The notes under the pieces are model-generated. The model saw only the letters and a list, made by a program, of their open reading frames with translations, was not told the DNA's origin and made no database searches. From Octopus sinensis (Eukaryota), in contig NC_043007.1 in assembly GCF_006345805.1 (NCBI RefSeq), positions 868,001-932,000 of the forward strand: a stretch of 64,000 nucleotides of DNA, given 5' to 3'. This document shows, piece by piece, positions 26,967-39,000 of this stretch. The position numbers and the translations under genes were made by a program. Within the stretch, counting starts at the first letter, position 1, and every line of letters starts with the position of its first letter.

Positions 26967-27881
26967 CCCTTTCCTTACCAACCCGCCCAAAACCGGCCCT
27001 GGCTCTGTAGTACAAATGTCTTGTTTTCATAATTTTGAATTGAAATCTTCCACCAAACCTTCATCACAATTTACGTTCCTAACACCAGCTTAATGATTAA
27101 CTTAAGTTATTTTACTAAATTCTTTGTTATATTTAAAATTAATTGGAAGAATCACAGAGCATCTCAACAGAAATTATGGTAACGAAAGGGTTGAGAAGAA
27201 AAATAATCAGCAGAAGACATTAGAGGAGACTTCGGTGTGGTCACTCTATATGCTAGAAATAATAGCCTAAATTTCCTTCAGTCTACACCCGCCTAACTGC
27301 TTCTAATATGAATCTGCCCCAATGTAGAGGTGTGTTTAACCCTTTCGATACCAACCCAGCTGAAACCACCTCTGGTTCTGTAGGACAAATGTCTTGTTTT
27401 CATAAGTTTTGAATTAAAATCTTCTACCAAACCTTAGTCACAATTGATGCTCCTAACACCAGCTTAATGATAACTAAGTTTTTTTACTAAATTCTTTGTT
27501 ATATTTAAAATTAACTGAAAGAAACACAGAACCTCTCAACAGAAATATGGTAACAAAAGGGTTAAGAATAAAAATAATCAGCAGAAGACATAATAGCCTA
27601 AATTTCCTTCAATCCACACCCTTCCAACTGCTTCTAATGTGCTTCTGCCCAAATGTAGAGGTGTGTTTAACCCTTTCGTTACCAACCCGGCTGAAACCGG
27701 CTCTGGTTCTGAAGTACAAATGTCTTGTTTTCATAGGTTTTGTATTAAAATCTTCCAGCAAACCTTAGTCACAATTTATGTTCCTAACACTAGCTTAATT
27801 ATTTTACTAAATTCTATGTTATATTTAAAATTAATTGACAGAAACACAGAGTATCTCAACAGAAATATGGTAACAAAAGGG
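26967..27881 (+). mobile_element. Tandem array of three piggyBac-type MITEs (26967-27190, 27340-27561, 27671-27881)
   Basis: TTAA|CCCTTT...AAAGGG|TTAA ends; homologous spacers between units. Confidence 0.85.
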
Positions 27882-28389
27882 TTAAAGGTACTGCCATGTT
27901 GAAACATCACCTCTTTATAAGAAATATTTTGTGCACATGCACACATGCATTGATTGTGCATCTGTCATCTATCTGAAAACCAGAATTTACAAACATATGT
28001 ACCCCATGCATGATGGATAAAGGAAAGCATTTTTATTTTTTTCTCTCTAGGCTTCATGTGATTGTTCAATGGATTATCCATTAAATTAGTCATTGCTAAG
28101 CTTAATACTAAGTTAGAAAAAGGATACTGCTTGAAATAGTGCTTATCAGGAATAATCTGCAACTAGCTTGTCATCTTGATATTTTTTGTTTTGAAACGGC
28201 ATCCACTAAATTCAGATCTGTAAATGATGCTAGCCATTTCTGAGTTGATGTTTATCTCCAGTATTTGTAGAAGTGGTACAAATGCCTTACAAGGTTTTTA
28301 AGCTGACTAAGAATGAGATTTTGTTGAATACACAAAGAAATTCATAAAAAGTATATAATATATATATATGGATAACGGATGCTAAATGA

Positions 28390-28394
<5 letters not shown>

Positions 28395-28459
<65 letters not shown>

Positions 28460-28472
28460 ATATATGTGTGTG

Positions 28473-28504
<32 letters not shown>

Positions 28505-28633
28505 GTGTTTGTGTGTATATATATGTGTGTGTGTGTGTATATATGTGTGTGTGTGTGTGTATATATGTGTGGTGTGTGTGTGTGTATATATATGTGTTGT
28601 GTGTATATATATGTGTGTGTGTGTGTATATATG

Positions 28634-28664
<31 letters not shown>

Positions 28665-28738
28665 ATATATATGTGTGTGTGGTGTGTGTATATATGTGTG
28701 TGGTGTGTGTGTGTATATATATGTTGTGTGTATATATA

Positions 28739-28771
<33 letters not shown>

Positions 28772-28775
28772 ATTG

Positions 28776-28808
<33 letters not shown>

Positions 28809-28990
28809 ATATATGTGTGTGTGTGTATATATATTGTGTGTGTGTGTATATATATGTGTGTTGTGTGTGTGTATATATATATGTGTGTGGTGTGTGTGTA
28901 TAATGTGTGTGTGTGTGTGTATATATATGTGTGTGTGTGTGTGTATATGTGTGTGTGGTGTGTGTGTGTATATATGTGTGTGTGTGTGTA

Positions 28991-29021
<31 letters not shown>

Positions 29022-29340
29022 GTGTGTGTGTGTGTATATATATATGTGTGTATATATGTGTGTATATATGTGTGTGTGTATATATATATACACACCACAC
29101 ACACACATACATACACACACACATATATACATACACACACATATATACATACACACACATATATACATACACACACACATATATACATACACACACACAT
29201 ATATATACTTACACACACACACATATATACATACACACACACACATATATACTTACACACACACACACATACTTACACACACACATATACTTACACACAC
29301 ACACACACACACATATATACACACACACACACACACACAA
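28395..29340. repeat. Compound (AT)n/(GT,AT)n then (CA,TA)n microsatellite
   Basis: Direct observation; polarity switch near 29085. Confidence 0.95.
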
Positions 29341-29759
29341 CAGATATGTTGGCTTTGCCTGTGTGTTAAACAGTCTTTCTCCATTATAAAAGCATGTGTT
29401 TTAAGTGAAAGTATGTTTCGGTGTTTCGTAGGATATCAGTAGATCTCCTGAGGCTTATTGGTTACATTTTTGCTTCGGTCTCAATACTGCCTACAGAAAT
29501 TTCTCTCAAAGCTGTTAATTTGGCAACAGCAAATAGATATTGCTTTAATATTGTATGTCACTGTGTATTCGTCTTTTATCCATGTTGGAATGGGTTGGAC
29601 AGGTTGACAGGAACCAACAAGTCTCAATATCTGCTTTGGATATGTGTAGGGGGGAAACTGGAAGTCTTTTACACGTGTGTGTGTGTTTCCTTGCCTTCTT
29701 ATTGTGTGATTTCTGGTATTCTATGAAAACGTGTCTGACCATGGAGGGAATATTACTTT

Positions 29760-30012
29760 GCTGGTACCTGTGTCGGTAGCATGTGTAAAAAGATTCGAGC
29801 GAGGTCATTGCCAGTACCGCCTGACTGGCCCCCATGCCGGTGGCTCGTAAAAAGCACCCACTGCACTCTCGGAGTGGTTGGCGTTAGGAAGGGCATCCAG
29901 CTGTAGAAACTCTGCCAGATCAAGATTGGAGCCTGGTGCAGCCATCTGGTTCGCCAGCCCTCAGTCAAAATCGTCCAACCCATGCTAGCATGGAAAGCGG
30001 ACCTTAAACGAT
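29760..30012 (+). mobile_element. RTE-LINE 3' tail-derived repeat
   Basis: Family homology. Confidence 0.85.
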
Positions 30013-30157
30013 AAGAATTGGAATCCTAAAAGGGTTAGCAACAAGACAGACACCCAGATGTGAAAACAGCTTCAATAAACTTGGTCTGACCTGTACAAGC
30101 TTGGGAAAGTTGACATAATAACGACTGTATCATTGATTGAACGTCCGCCTTCCATGC

Positions 30158-31505
30158 TGGCATGGAAGTAAAGCCTAGAATCGAAGGGCCAAAGAGTTAA
30201 CGTAGCAAAAACCAAAGTCTTAGCAAGTAGGAAGGCAGACAAATCACAAGTCCCTTCAGCTAGATGGCCCTGCTCAATCTGTAGAAAAGGTGTAGTAACT
30301 CTGTAAGATAAACCCAGTGTAAGCTTTGGACACATAAAAGGTGCAGCAATATCAGAGGAAGGTTAACAAGGAAAACAGCTTTTGTGTGTGGAAGGTGCAC
30401 AGGTACAATGAACAGATAATAGACTCCATCAACTGTCAGGGAAGTAAGCTAGAAGTAGTAGATAGCTTCCATTTTGTAGGTGATCAAGTTAGTAGTAGAG
30501 GTGGATGCTCTGAGAACATAGTTGTGAGAATAAGATTAGGCTGGGCAAAGTTTAGAGAGCTCCTATCTCTGCTGGCATCAAAGGGCCTCTCCCTCAGAGT
30601 GAAAGGCAGATTGTATGATGCTTGTGTGTGAACTGCTATGCTACATGGTGGTGAAACATAGGCTGTGACAGCCAAGGACATGCTTAGGCTTGAAAGAAAG
30701 GAAGCCAGTATGCTTTGTCAGGTGTGCAATGTCAGTGTGCATGTTTGACAGAGTGTAAGCATCTTGAGAGAAAAGTTAGGCATAAGAAGCATCAGATGTG
30801 TGCAAGAGAGATGAATGCACTTGTATGGTCATGTGATGTGTATGGATGAGGACAGCTGTGTAAAGAAGCGCTGATCCCTAACTGTGGAGGGAATCTGTGG
30901 TACAGGTAGACCCAGGAAGACATGGGATGTGGTAGTAAGCATGATCTTCGAACTTGGGCCTAACAGAGGCAATGACTAGTGGTTGAGACCTTTGGCAATA
31001 TGCTCTGCTTGAGAATACTGGTCAAGTGAAGTGAAATCTCAATCGTAGTTGATGCTGTTGTCACATAACTGGCACCCATGCTAGTGGCATGTAAAAAGCA
31101 CCTTTCAAGAGTTGAGCCTCACAGTGGTTGATTTCCTTTTGAATGTTGGGCCTCACAGAGGCAAAGACTGAGACCATTTGGCTTTATGCTGTGCTTTGAG
31201 TGTTGCACCTCACAGAGGCAATTGCAGAGTCCATTTGGCATTATACTATGCCTGAGAAGATGACCCATTGAGCCAAGTAAAACCACAGTTGTGGAAGGTA
31301 CTGGTGTCATGCAAGTGGCACTCATGCCGGTGGCATGTAAATGCACCCATTACACCCTTGGAGTGGTTGGCATTAGGAAAGGAATCCAACCATAGAAACC
31401 ATGCCAAAAGAGACTGGAATCTAATGCACCCTTCCAGCTTGCTAGCCTTGGTCAAACCGTCCAACCCATGCCAGCATGGACAACGAACGTTAGATGATGG
31501 TCATG
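30158..31505 (+). mobile_element. 5'-truncated RTE-clade LINE: PHD finger, RT C-terminal remnant and 3'UTR
   Basis: Translates to WPCSICRKGV..QCKLWTHKRC..FVCGRC and LEVVDSFHFVGDQVSSRGGCSENIVVRIRLGWAKFRELLSLL..KGRLYDACV, with stops/frameshifts; flanked by ~28-bp direct repeats 30129-30157 and 31506-31533. Confidence 0.88.
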
Positions 31506-31555
31506 ATCATTGATTAACGTCCGCCTTCTATGCATGGCCGCAGTCAAATGACTGA

Positions 31556-31606
<51 letters not shown>

Positions 31607-32042
31607 AATAAATTAAGCACCATCTGAATGTGGCAGATACTAGTGCCCCCTGACTGGCTCTCGTGCCACTGGCACGTAAAAAGCACAAGCCGAATGTGGC
31701 CAATGCCAGTGCCCCATGACTGGTCCCCGTGCTGGTGACATGTAAAAAGCACTATCTGAATGTGATCAATGCCAGGCCCACTTGACTGGCTCTTATGCCA
31801 GTCGCACATAAAACGCACCCACTATACTCTGAGTCGTTGGCATTAGGAACAGCATCCGAGCTGATGATATGATGATATATCTCGCTTATATCTCATTGCA
31901 ATACTAATGATCTGGCATAGAACTCAATATATACATATGCTTCTGAATGAAGCATTCGTTTAGTACAAAATAAAGAAATAGAGATGACAAAAGAGTAAAT
32001 GATGAACTTCATTAGCTTACATGAAGTGCACTTCATGTTTGA

Positions 32043-32123
32043 GGCTCTGATGAAGCTGTAAGGTGTTACTCAGGCACTAAACTATGAGTACACTGCATCT
32101 TATAGCAGAAACAGTTGTAAGCC
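32043..32123 (+). ncRNA. Type I hammerhead ribozyme, intact core, long helix II
   Basis: GGCT-CTGATGA-A-GCTGTAAGGTG...CATCTTATAGC-A-GAAA-C-AGTT-G-TA-AGCC; helix I GGCT/AGCC; GUA triplet; predicted cleavage after 32119. Confidence 0.78.
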
Positions 32124-32519
32124 AATGAAGTTCGTTGCTTATTCGTCATCTCTTATATGCTCTCTTTGTGTGTGTGTGTGTGTATGTGTGTGTGTTTTCA
32201 TCATCATGTGGCAAATTTTCTACAGCCTGATGCCCTTCCAGTTGCTAACCCTCACTTGTTTCCAAGGAAGGTGATATTTTCCATGGCCAGACATGTTTTT
32301 CACAGAAGAATAAAAATGAACATAGCAGTGATGCTTCTTTACTACCATAATGGGATTTCAAGAGATATTAATATATACACACACACACACATACACATGA
32401 TGGGCTTCTTTCAGTTTCCATCTACCAAATCCAATCACTAGGTGTTGGTTAGCTCAGACCCACTGCATGGCCTCTTGGGAAAGTGTCGTCTTGTGTGTGT
32501 GTTTATTGGTTAAAAACAC

Positions 32520-32813
32520 CTAAAGCTCTTTTCAAGCCTAGCCAGGCTCATGGGCCCAGTTTCCCAGTTTCTATGGCGTATGTGTTCCCCCCCAACTGGA
32601 CGGGATGCCAGTCCATCGCAGCATTACCCAAGAAACAGGAAGAAAGATTGAAAGAAAGTTTGGGTGAAAGAGTACAACAGGGGTTGCCACCATCCCCTGC
32701 CTCATGGAGCCTCAGGTGTTTTTAATCAATAAACACACACAATGCTCAGCCTGGGAATCGAAACCACGATCCTCCAACCGCGAGTCTGCTACCCTAACCA
32801 CTGGACCATTGTG

Positions 32814-32820
<7 letters not shown>
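32520..32820 (-). mobile_element. tRNA-derived SINE with Nin/Deu-like 3' domain
   Basis: Minus strand tRNA-like head plus CTGCGATGGACTGGCATCCCGTCCAG motif; domain name from recall. Confidence 0.7.
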
Positions 32821-32846
<26 letters not shown>

Positions 32847-32884
32847 GGAAAACAGACGCTAAACGATGATGATGATAATGATGA

Positions 32885-32925
<41 letters not shown>

Positions 32926-33046
32926 ATATATGTGTGTGTGTATATATATATGTGTGTGTGTATATATGTGTGTGTATATATATATGTGTGTGTGTATATA
33001 TATATATGTGTATATATATGTATGTATATATATTTATATATGATAT

Positions 33047-33125
<79 letters not shown>

Positions 33126-33369
33126 TATAGAAACACACACACACACTCATTGATGCCTAAGGTAGGCAACAGCTATGGTCTTGTAACTTTTGGAAAGTAA
33201 TGTAGTTTTTTTTTCTTTTTTTCCTGTTTGTGGTCAGAAAGCGTTTGAACTCACTCCTCTGTTTTCTAAATTGAAATAAATGTTTATTTCCCTTCGATTA
33301 TCTCGGATTAGTTCTATTTTCCCATCACAACGAAAGAGAAACAGAATCTGTAGAATCATCCACTTAAGG

Positions 33370-33794
33370 ATTAATCATTCCGGCTGACACACACACAGAC
33401 GCACGCACAGACACACACGTTGGTGCTGCTGCTGCCAATTGCCCGCATCTATCCTGGCTTTGACTACTCCATCTCCAGATCGATCAATACCAGATAGCTT
33501 CGTATAGCTAAAGAGCCTGCTACTGCTTCAGCCAGCCAACCAACCAACCAACCAACCCACCAGCCAGCCAGCCAGCCACTCCTCGGTTGCTTCTGTTGCT
33601 GCCTCTTTTTAGCAGAACCTTAGGCTGTTGTTGTAGAGCTTCTTGTCGACTTTTCCTCTCTCTCTGGTCATTTTCAGTTTTTAGCCGTTTCGAGTTTTCA
33701 CCTATTTTCTACCCTTAGCATTTTTAGGATACCGGTTTTTTCTCCTTTCCTCCCTTATTGTTTCTTTTCTATATAAACGAAAACCAAATTAATT
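33370..33794 (+). other. Candidate non-coding first exon
   Basis: TCATTC Inr-like motif, CpG and simple-repeat rich UTR-like sequence, donor ATT|GTAAGT at 33794/5. Confidence 0.4.
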
Positions 33795-35346
33795 GTAAGT
33801 AATTGTTTATATGCTATTGTTTTCCGTTGTCTTTTTTCCGTGTATATAACATTTCCAGTTTTGTTTCTTTTTCTTTTTTGATTTTTTTTTTTGCTACATG
33901 TGATATGATTATGACATCATGCTGCATTAAGTAACTCACAAAAGCCTCCCATGTAGATCTTTTATACTTTTTAGATTGAATAGCTACTATGTTTGCCTGT
34001 TGTATTTTTTCTTTTGCTTGTTCAGTGAAATACTACAGCTACTTTTACATGTGTGATTCATACTTGTCGATTATTCAAGCGTCCGTCACTCACACCACCT
34101 GATGCTTTTTCTCTAACTTGCTCTCGGGACATTTATTTTTAATTTGTTATTTTTCTCTAATTTTATGGACTGTATATATATATATTTATGTGTTTGTGTG
34201 TGTTTTGTTGTATCAGTAGTATTTCCAAAGATCCTTGTGTATCCCTTAATTTTTTCCTCTCTCTCTCTCTCCTTTTTGATAAGTGGTTTTGAGTTGAATT
34301 TCAAGTCATAGATTCTTCTAATTAATTTAATATTCATCGCCAGTGACTCATTAAATTTTGCAAGGCACTGCATCCCATGTGCGTGTGCCCAGTGGAAACA
34401 CATCTTGTAGTCTCTATTCTGTTTTGTAATTTGCTGTTAAAACATATTTCAGAATATCACTTTTGTTCTTTTATAGTAAATTCTACCAACTAAGTAGGGT
34501 TTTTTTTTGTTTTCGTTAACGAGCATGCTTTCTTTTCACCCCTTTATCTCTCAACCCCCTCTCTTCCTTTCTCTCCCCACCCTCTCTCTCAATACTTTTG
34601 CTAGTATCCAAGCTTGTTTTTCAAGAACTTTAATTATAATTATTTGACTTACAACACTAAAGGCTCTTATCTTCCGTGGTCTGAGTTGGTTGATCTGGAA
34701 GTTATACTTAGAAGAAACCCGTTTAATGTCAGGGAAATTGGTTTGAAGTTATTTGTGGCAGCTGAAGTGTCTTTGCCTCTCTTAGTCTCTGCTTCTTGCC
34801 CTGATTCTCCTTTTTTAATATTTCTTCTCTCTCCGCTGACTGCTATTGTCCTGGAGATGAATAAGTTATTCCTCAGGCTTTTGTTTTCCTTCTCTATTCT
34901 TGCAACGGTGCTGCCGTATCTTTGAATATTATGTTAATTTACTTTGCTTGACCCATCAGATATTACTTAAAAATATCGATTATTTTCCTAAAGACACCAT
35001 CCAAGTAATTGTATTGATTTTTATCAATACCACTATAAAGATTCCTTAACATCGTATATTTTTATAGAATTGTCTCTTGTGCATTATGAAATCAGTGCTC
35101 TGTGAGAGAGAGAGAGAGAGAGAGTTCTTTGATTAATAAACACATGTTGAATAAAGAATTCTAAATGTTGTGGGGTTTGATTGCTGTTATTGATCGTTGT
35201 TGTACTGTTTTTGTATTCTTACATCAGTATGACACATCGTTCCTCTGTTCTGGCTTTGTTTCTGGGAATCACTTAATTTGGCAGATGTTTCTGATTCTGT
35301 CATTTGAAGTGAATTTTAATTACGGCTTTTATGATTCAGACGAGGA

Positions 35347-35450
35347 ATGGAAATAGAAAGACAAAGGGAAAATGAGGCGATTTTCATGTTCCATATGGCC
35401 ACACTTAGAGCAGTTGGCTTTTATTTATTTATCGATGCCGTTTCCTTCAA
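35347..35450 (+). CDS. Candidate alternative first coding exon (MEIERQRENEAIFMFHMATLRAVGFYLFIDAVSF, phase 2)
   Basis: Acceptor TTCAG|ACG at 35339/40, open frame from ATG, donor AA|GTAAGC. Confidence 0.45.
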
Positions 35451-35489
35451 GTAAGCGTTATTCACGTATCGTAAGTTGAAAATTGTATT

Positions 35490-35736
35490 AGTGTGTGCTT
35501 GTGTACATGTATGTGTGTATGTGTATGTGTGTATATATATGTGTGTGTATATATGTGTGTGTATAAATATGTCTGTGTGTGTGTATAAATATGTGTGTAT
35601 ATATATATATGTGTGTGTGTGTATAAACATGTCTGTGTGTGTGTGTGTGTGTATATAACTGTGTATGTGTGAATATATGTGTATAATTCGTGTGTATATG
35701 TATGTGTGTACATAGTTGTGTAATGTACAATAGTAG

Positions 35737-35770
<34 letters not shown>

Positions 35771-35840
35771 ACAAATGTATAAATGTATGTGTATAATTGT
35801 AGGTGTGCATATGTATATGTGTGTGTCTCCATGTGTGTGT
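35490..35840. repeat. Compound (GT/AT)n microsatellite
   Basis: Direct observation. Confidence 0.92.
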
Positions 35841-37660
35841 AATGTATTACATCTCATTATCATCATCATTTAATATGTTATCCTTGCTGGCATGGGTTAG
35901 ACACACCCACACACCTACAGTGTGATACCTCAGTGGAAAGCTTCATCTCCCATGTATAGTCTGAAGTACAAGTTATGAGTTTTTCGCCCTCTATGTTTAT
36001 AGTTCTTCTGACTACAATGTAGAAATTTTAATAAATCTTTTACATTGATTGGTGTTCATACTGTTGTTATAGGCAATCATTACCACCCTTAATTTAATTG
36101 ATTGTGCAATATTGACATAACAATGTTATGTCAATAACAATAACAGTGTTTATAATTGTGGCCCCTTTTCTCAGATTTAATGTAAAAGAGCATTTTGATT
36201 TTAAGTATTCTTTCCTAGGCTGTAGGGCTGTACATTAATAAATCTGGTTTTTAATCTTCTCCATTCTCCTTTTGTTATTTCAATAAAACAGATTTAAAGT
36301 GATTCATTGTTGTATCTTGCAGACATTTCGCTTTTGTTAATGGTCTTAATTTCAACCGAGATTTATTTATATGACTCTGAAATGATGTTAGAACCTTTTT
36401 GGTACCTTCATACTTGAGACTGTCTTTGGTTTTTCTGATACAGACTTCTTCTTCTAAAATGATTGAAATTAAAACCCTCCATCAAAATTTCTTAATGATT
36501 TATGTTCCAAATATTAACTTAATTATAACAAAAAAACTTATTAGTTTACTATATTTTTTCCTTGTTTTCTAAACAAATTGAAAGACAGGCAATGAATTTC
36601 TAAGAGAAATTTGGTAACAGAAGGGTTAATAAGGTTATTTTGGCAAAATACTGAGTGGAGGATTGTCACTCTTGTTGGAAATAAGTCAAAAGTTTTCTTC
36701 ACATTACTTTCTCAACACGCTTTCATACATTTTGTTGCATACGAGTGCTGTGGTTGCTGCCATCTTCCTGTTTATTATTAAGTTTGAAAGGAAGTAAAAT
36801 ATTAAAGTTTTTCTTTTAATGATAATTTATCTGTTTTTGTACAATTTTGTGAAATAGCAGTTTGCTATAAGTGCACTATTTCAACAACACTGGAAAATGA
36901 AATGAAAATGATGAAGAAAACTCCAAAAACTCAAATGAATTTATGAGCAGAATTGACCATTCTTCCTGTTGGTCAGTTACAGAATTTAGTCCACTAGTGT
37001 TGCTTAACCTGAAATAATACCTGCAGGGGGGGGGGGGGGCTTCAAGCAAGGACTTAACCCATTGGCATTTAAACTGATCGTATCTTTTTTCTGTTCAACC
37101 TGGCCTAATCTGGCTTCTCTCACTTACCCTACAATGTCATTCTAAATATAAACAATTACATCATTGAAATCTTGAAGCTACAAGGCAATACACGATTAAT
37201 TAAAAGCAGTGTGATTATTAAATAAGCCTTACAGGTGACAGTGTTATGTGAATGGTAGAAAGGTGATGAAGGGTTTTATCTTCAGGTCTCAAAGATACCT
37301 GAAGCTGGAGTCTGGTCCAGCTTTCCAGCATGCCAGCTCTAGTCAAACTGTCTAACCCATGCCAGCATGGAAAGCGGATGTCAAATGATGATGATGATGA
37401 TGATACAGGTTCAATTCCACTTCGTTATCGTTAGTCAGTTGGTTAAACAATCAGTTGATTGTTTGTTAGTCAAAGTTCTTTCATTACCATTCATGACATT
37501 TTCAGTGACTTAGTGATTTGCTGCAAGGACTTTTCAGAGTCTGTCTGAGAATTGGGTCTTACACCTGTGTGTATGAATGCTTGTAATGTGTGTTTGCTTA
37601 GAAGAGGTTGCCCAATAAATTTAATGTAAAAGATGAATCATTTAACAGCTATTTGTTTAA

Positions 37661-37881
37661 CCCTTTTGAATCCAACCCAGCTGAAACAGCTTCTGGCTCT
37701 GAGTAGAAATGTCTTGTTTTCATAAGTTTTGAATTAAGATCTTTCACCAAACCTTAGTCACAATTTATGTTCCTAACACTAGCTTAATGATAACTAAGTT
37801 ATTTTACTAAATTCTTTGTTATATTTAAAATTAATTGAAAGAAACACTGAGCATCTCATAATAAATATGGTAACAAAAGGG
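37661..37881 (+). mobile_element. piggyBac-type MITE
   Basis: TTAA TSD on both sides, CCCTTT/AAAGGG termini. Confidence 0.88.
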
Positions 37882-37936
37882 TTAATGACAAAAGCAGACA
37901 AACCCATTTCTGTTTGTTTCCCTGCTTATCAATTGG

Positions 37937-38503
37937 CCAGCAGTATTGCCCAGCGTTACTCGGGTTTGTTCCGACCCTTTAGAATTGGAATTTTTGAAAA
38001 GTAAAAATTTTGCATTATGTGGCTTGTTATTCTCTTTAAGTGAACATTTTTCTGGTTGAAATACACTGAAAAATGGCAACACAGCAGTCAAAAGATCGTA
38101 AAAAAATAGGGATTTTCATAGAAAAAAAGCACGTTTTTGATGTAAATAATTTTTGGTGTTAACATGGTCTGATTTGAATTTCTTCTTCTAAGGAAGGAAG
38201 AGCAAGCCTCATTCTATCATACTCTCAATTTTGGTCAACTTGCGCCGCAGGGTCTCGGAGGAGATAGTGTTAGTTGAAGGCTACCAAACCTGCCACACGC
38301 AGACGACTTCAACTTTATGTAGAGAGATTTGAATATGTCTAACATGGAAGATTATTTTTTCTTCTACAGAAGGAAGAGCAAGCTTTCTATCATACTCTCA
38401 ATTTTGGTCAACTTGTGCCACAGGGTCTCGGAGGAGACAGTGTTAGTTGAAGGCTACCAAACCTGCCATACACAGACGACTTCAGCTTTATATATAGAGA
38501 GAG
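37937..38503 (-). mobile_element. Helitron-like element (37937-38327) plus partial second copy (38361-38503)
   Basis: Minus-strand 3' hairpin plus CTGG; 5' A|TC; homology to 2296-2684. Confidence 0.78.
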
Positions 38504-38796
38504 ATTGGGATGTGGGGAGCCACTTGATAACAGCCTGTCTGGAACCAACTCTAGTATTTGCTAGAAAATTGCTTGTTTTAAAATATTGATATTTTAAATA
38601 AAAAAAAAAAAACAACTTTCTCTGTCAGAATTTTTAGCAAATAGTTGCGGGCACAGCTGTGTGGTTAAGAAGCCTGCTTTGCAGCTACACGGTTTAAAGT
38701 TCAATCCTTCTGTGCAGTACCTTGCTCAAGTATCTTACTACAGCAAAAGACTGACCAATGCTTTGAGTGAAGTAAGATGAAAACTATCATTCATAT

Positions 38797-39000
38797 ATCA
38801 TCATCATCGTCGTTGTTTAATGTCTGCTTTCCATGCTGGCATGGGTTGGACGGTTTGACTGAGGACTGGCAAGTCAGAAGGCAGCACCAGACTCCAGTCT
38901 GATCTGGCAAAGTTTCTACAGCTGGATACTCTTCCTAATGCCAACTACTCCGAGAGTGTAGTGGGTGCTTTTTACATGTCACTGGCATGGGAGCACTGGC
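38797..39000 (-). mobile_element. RTE-LINE 3' tail-derived repeat
   Basis: Family homology. Confidence 0.82.
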
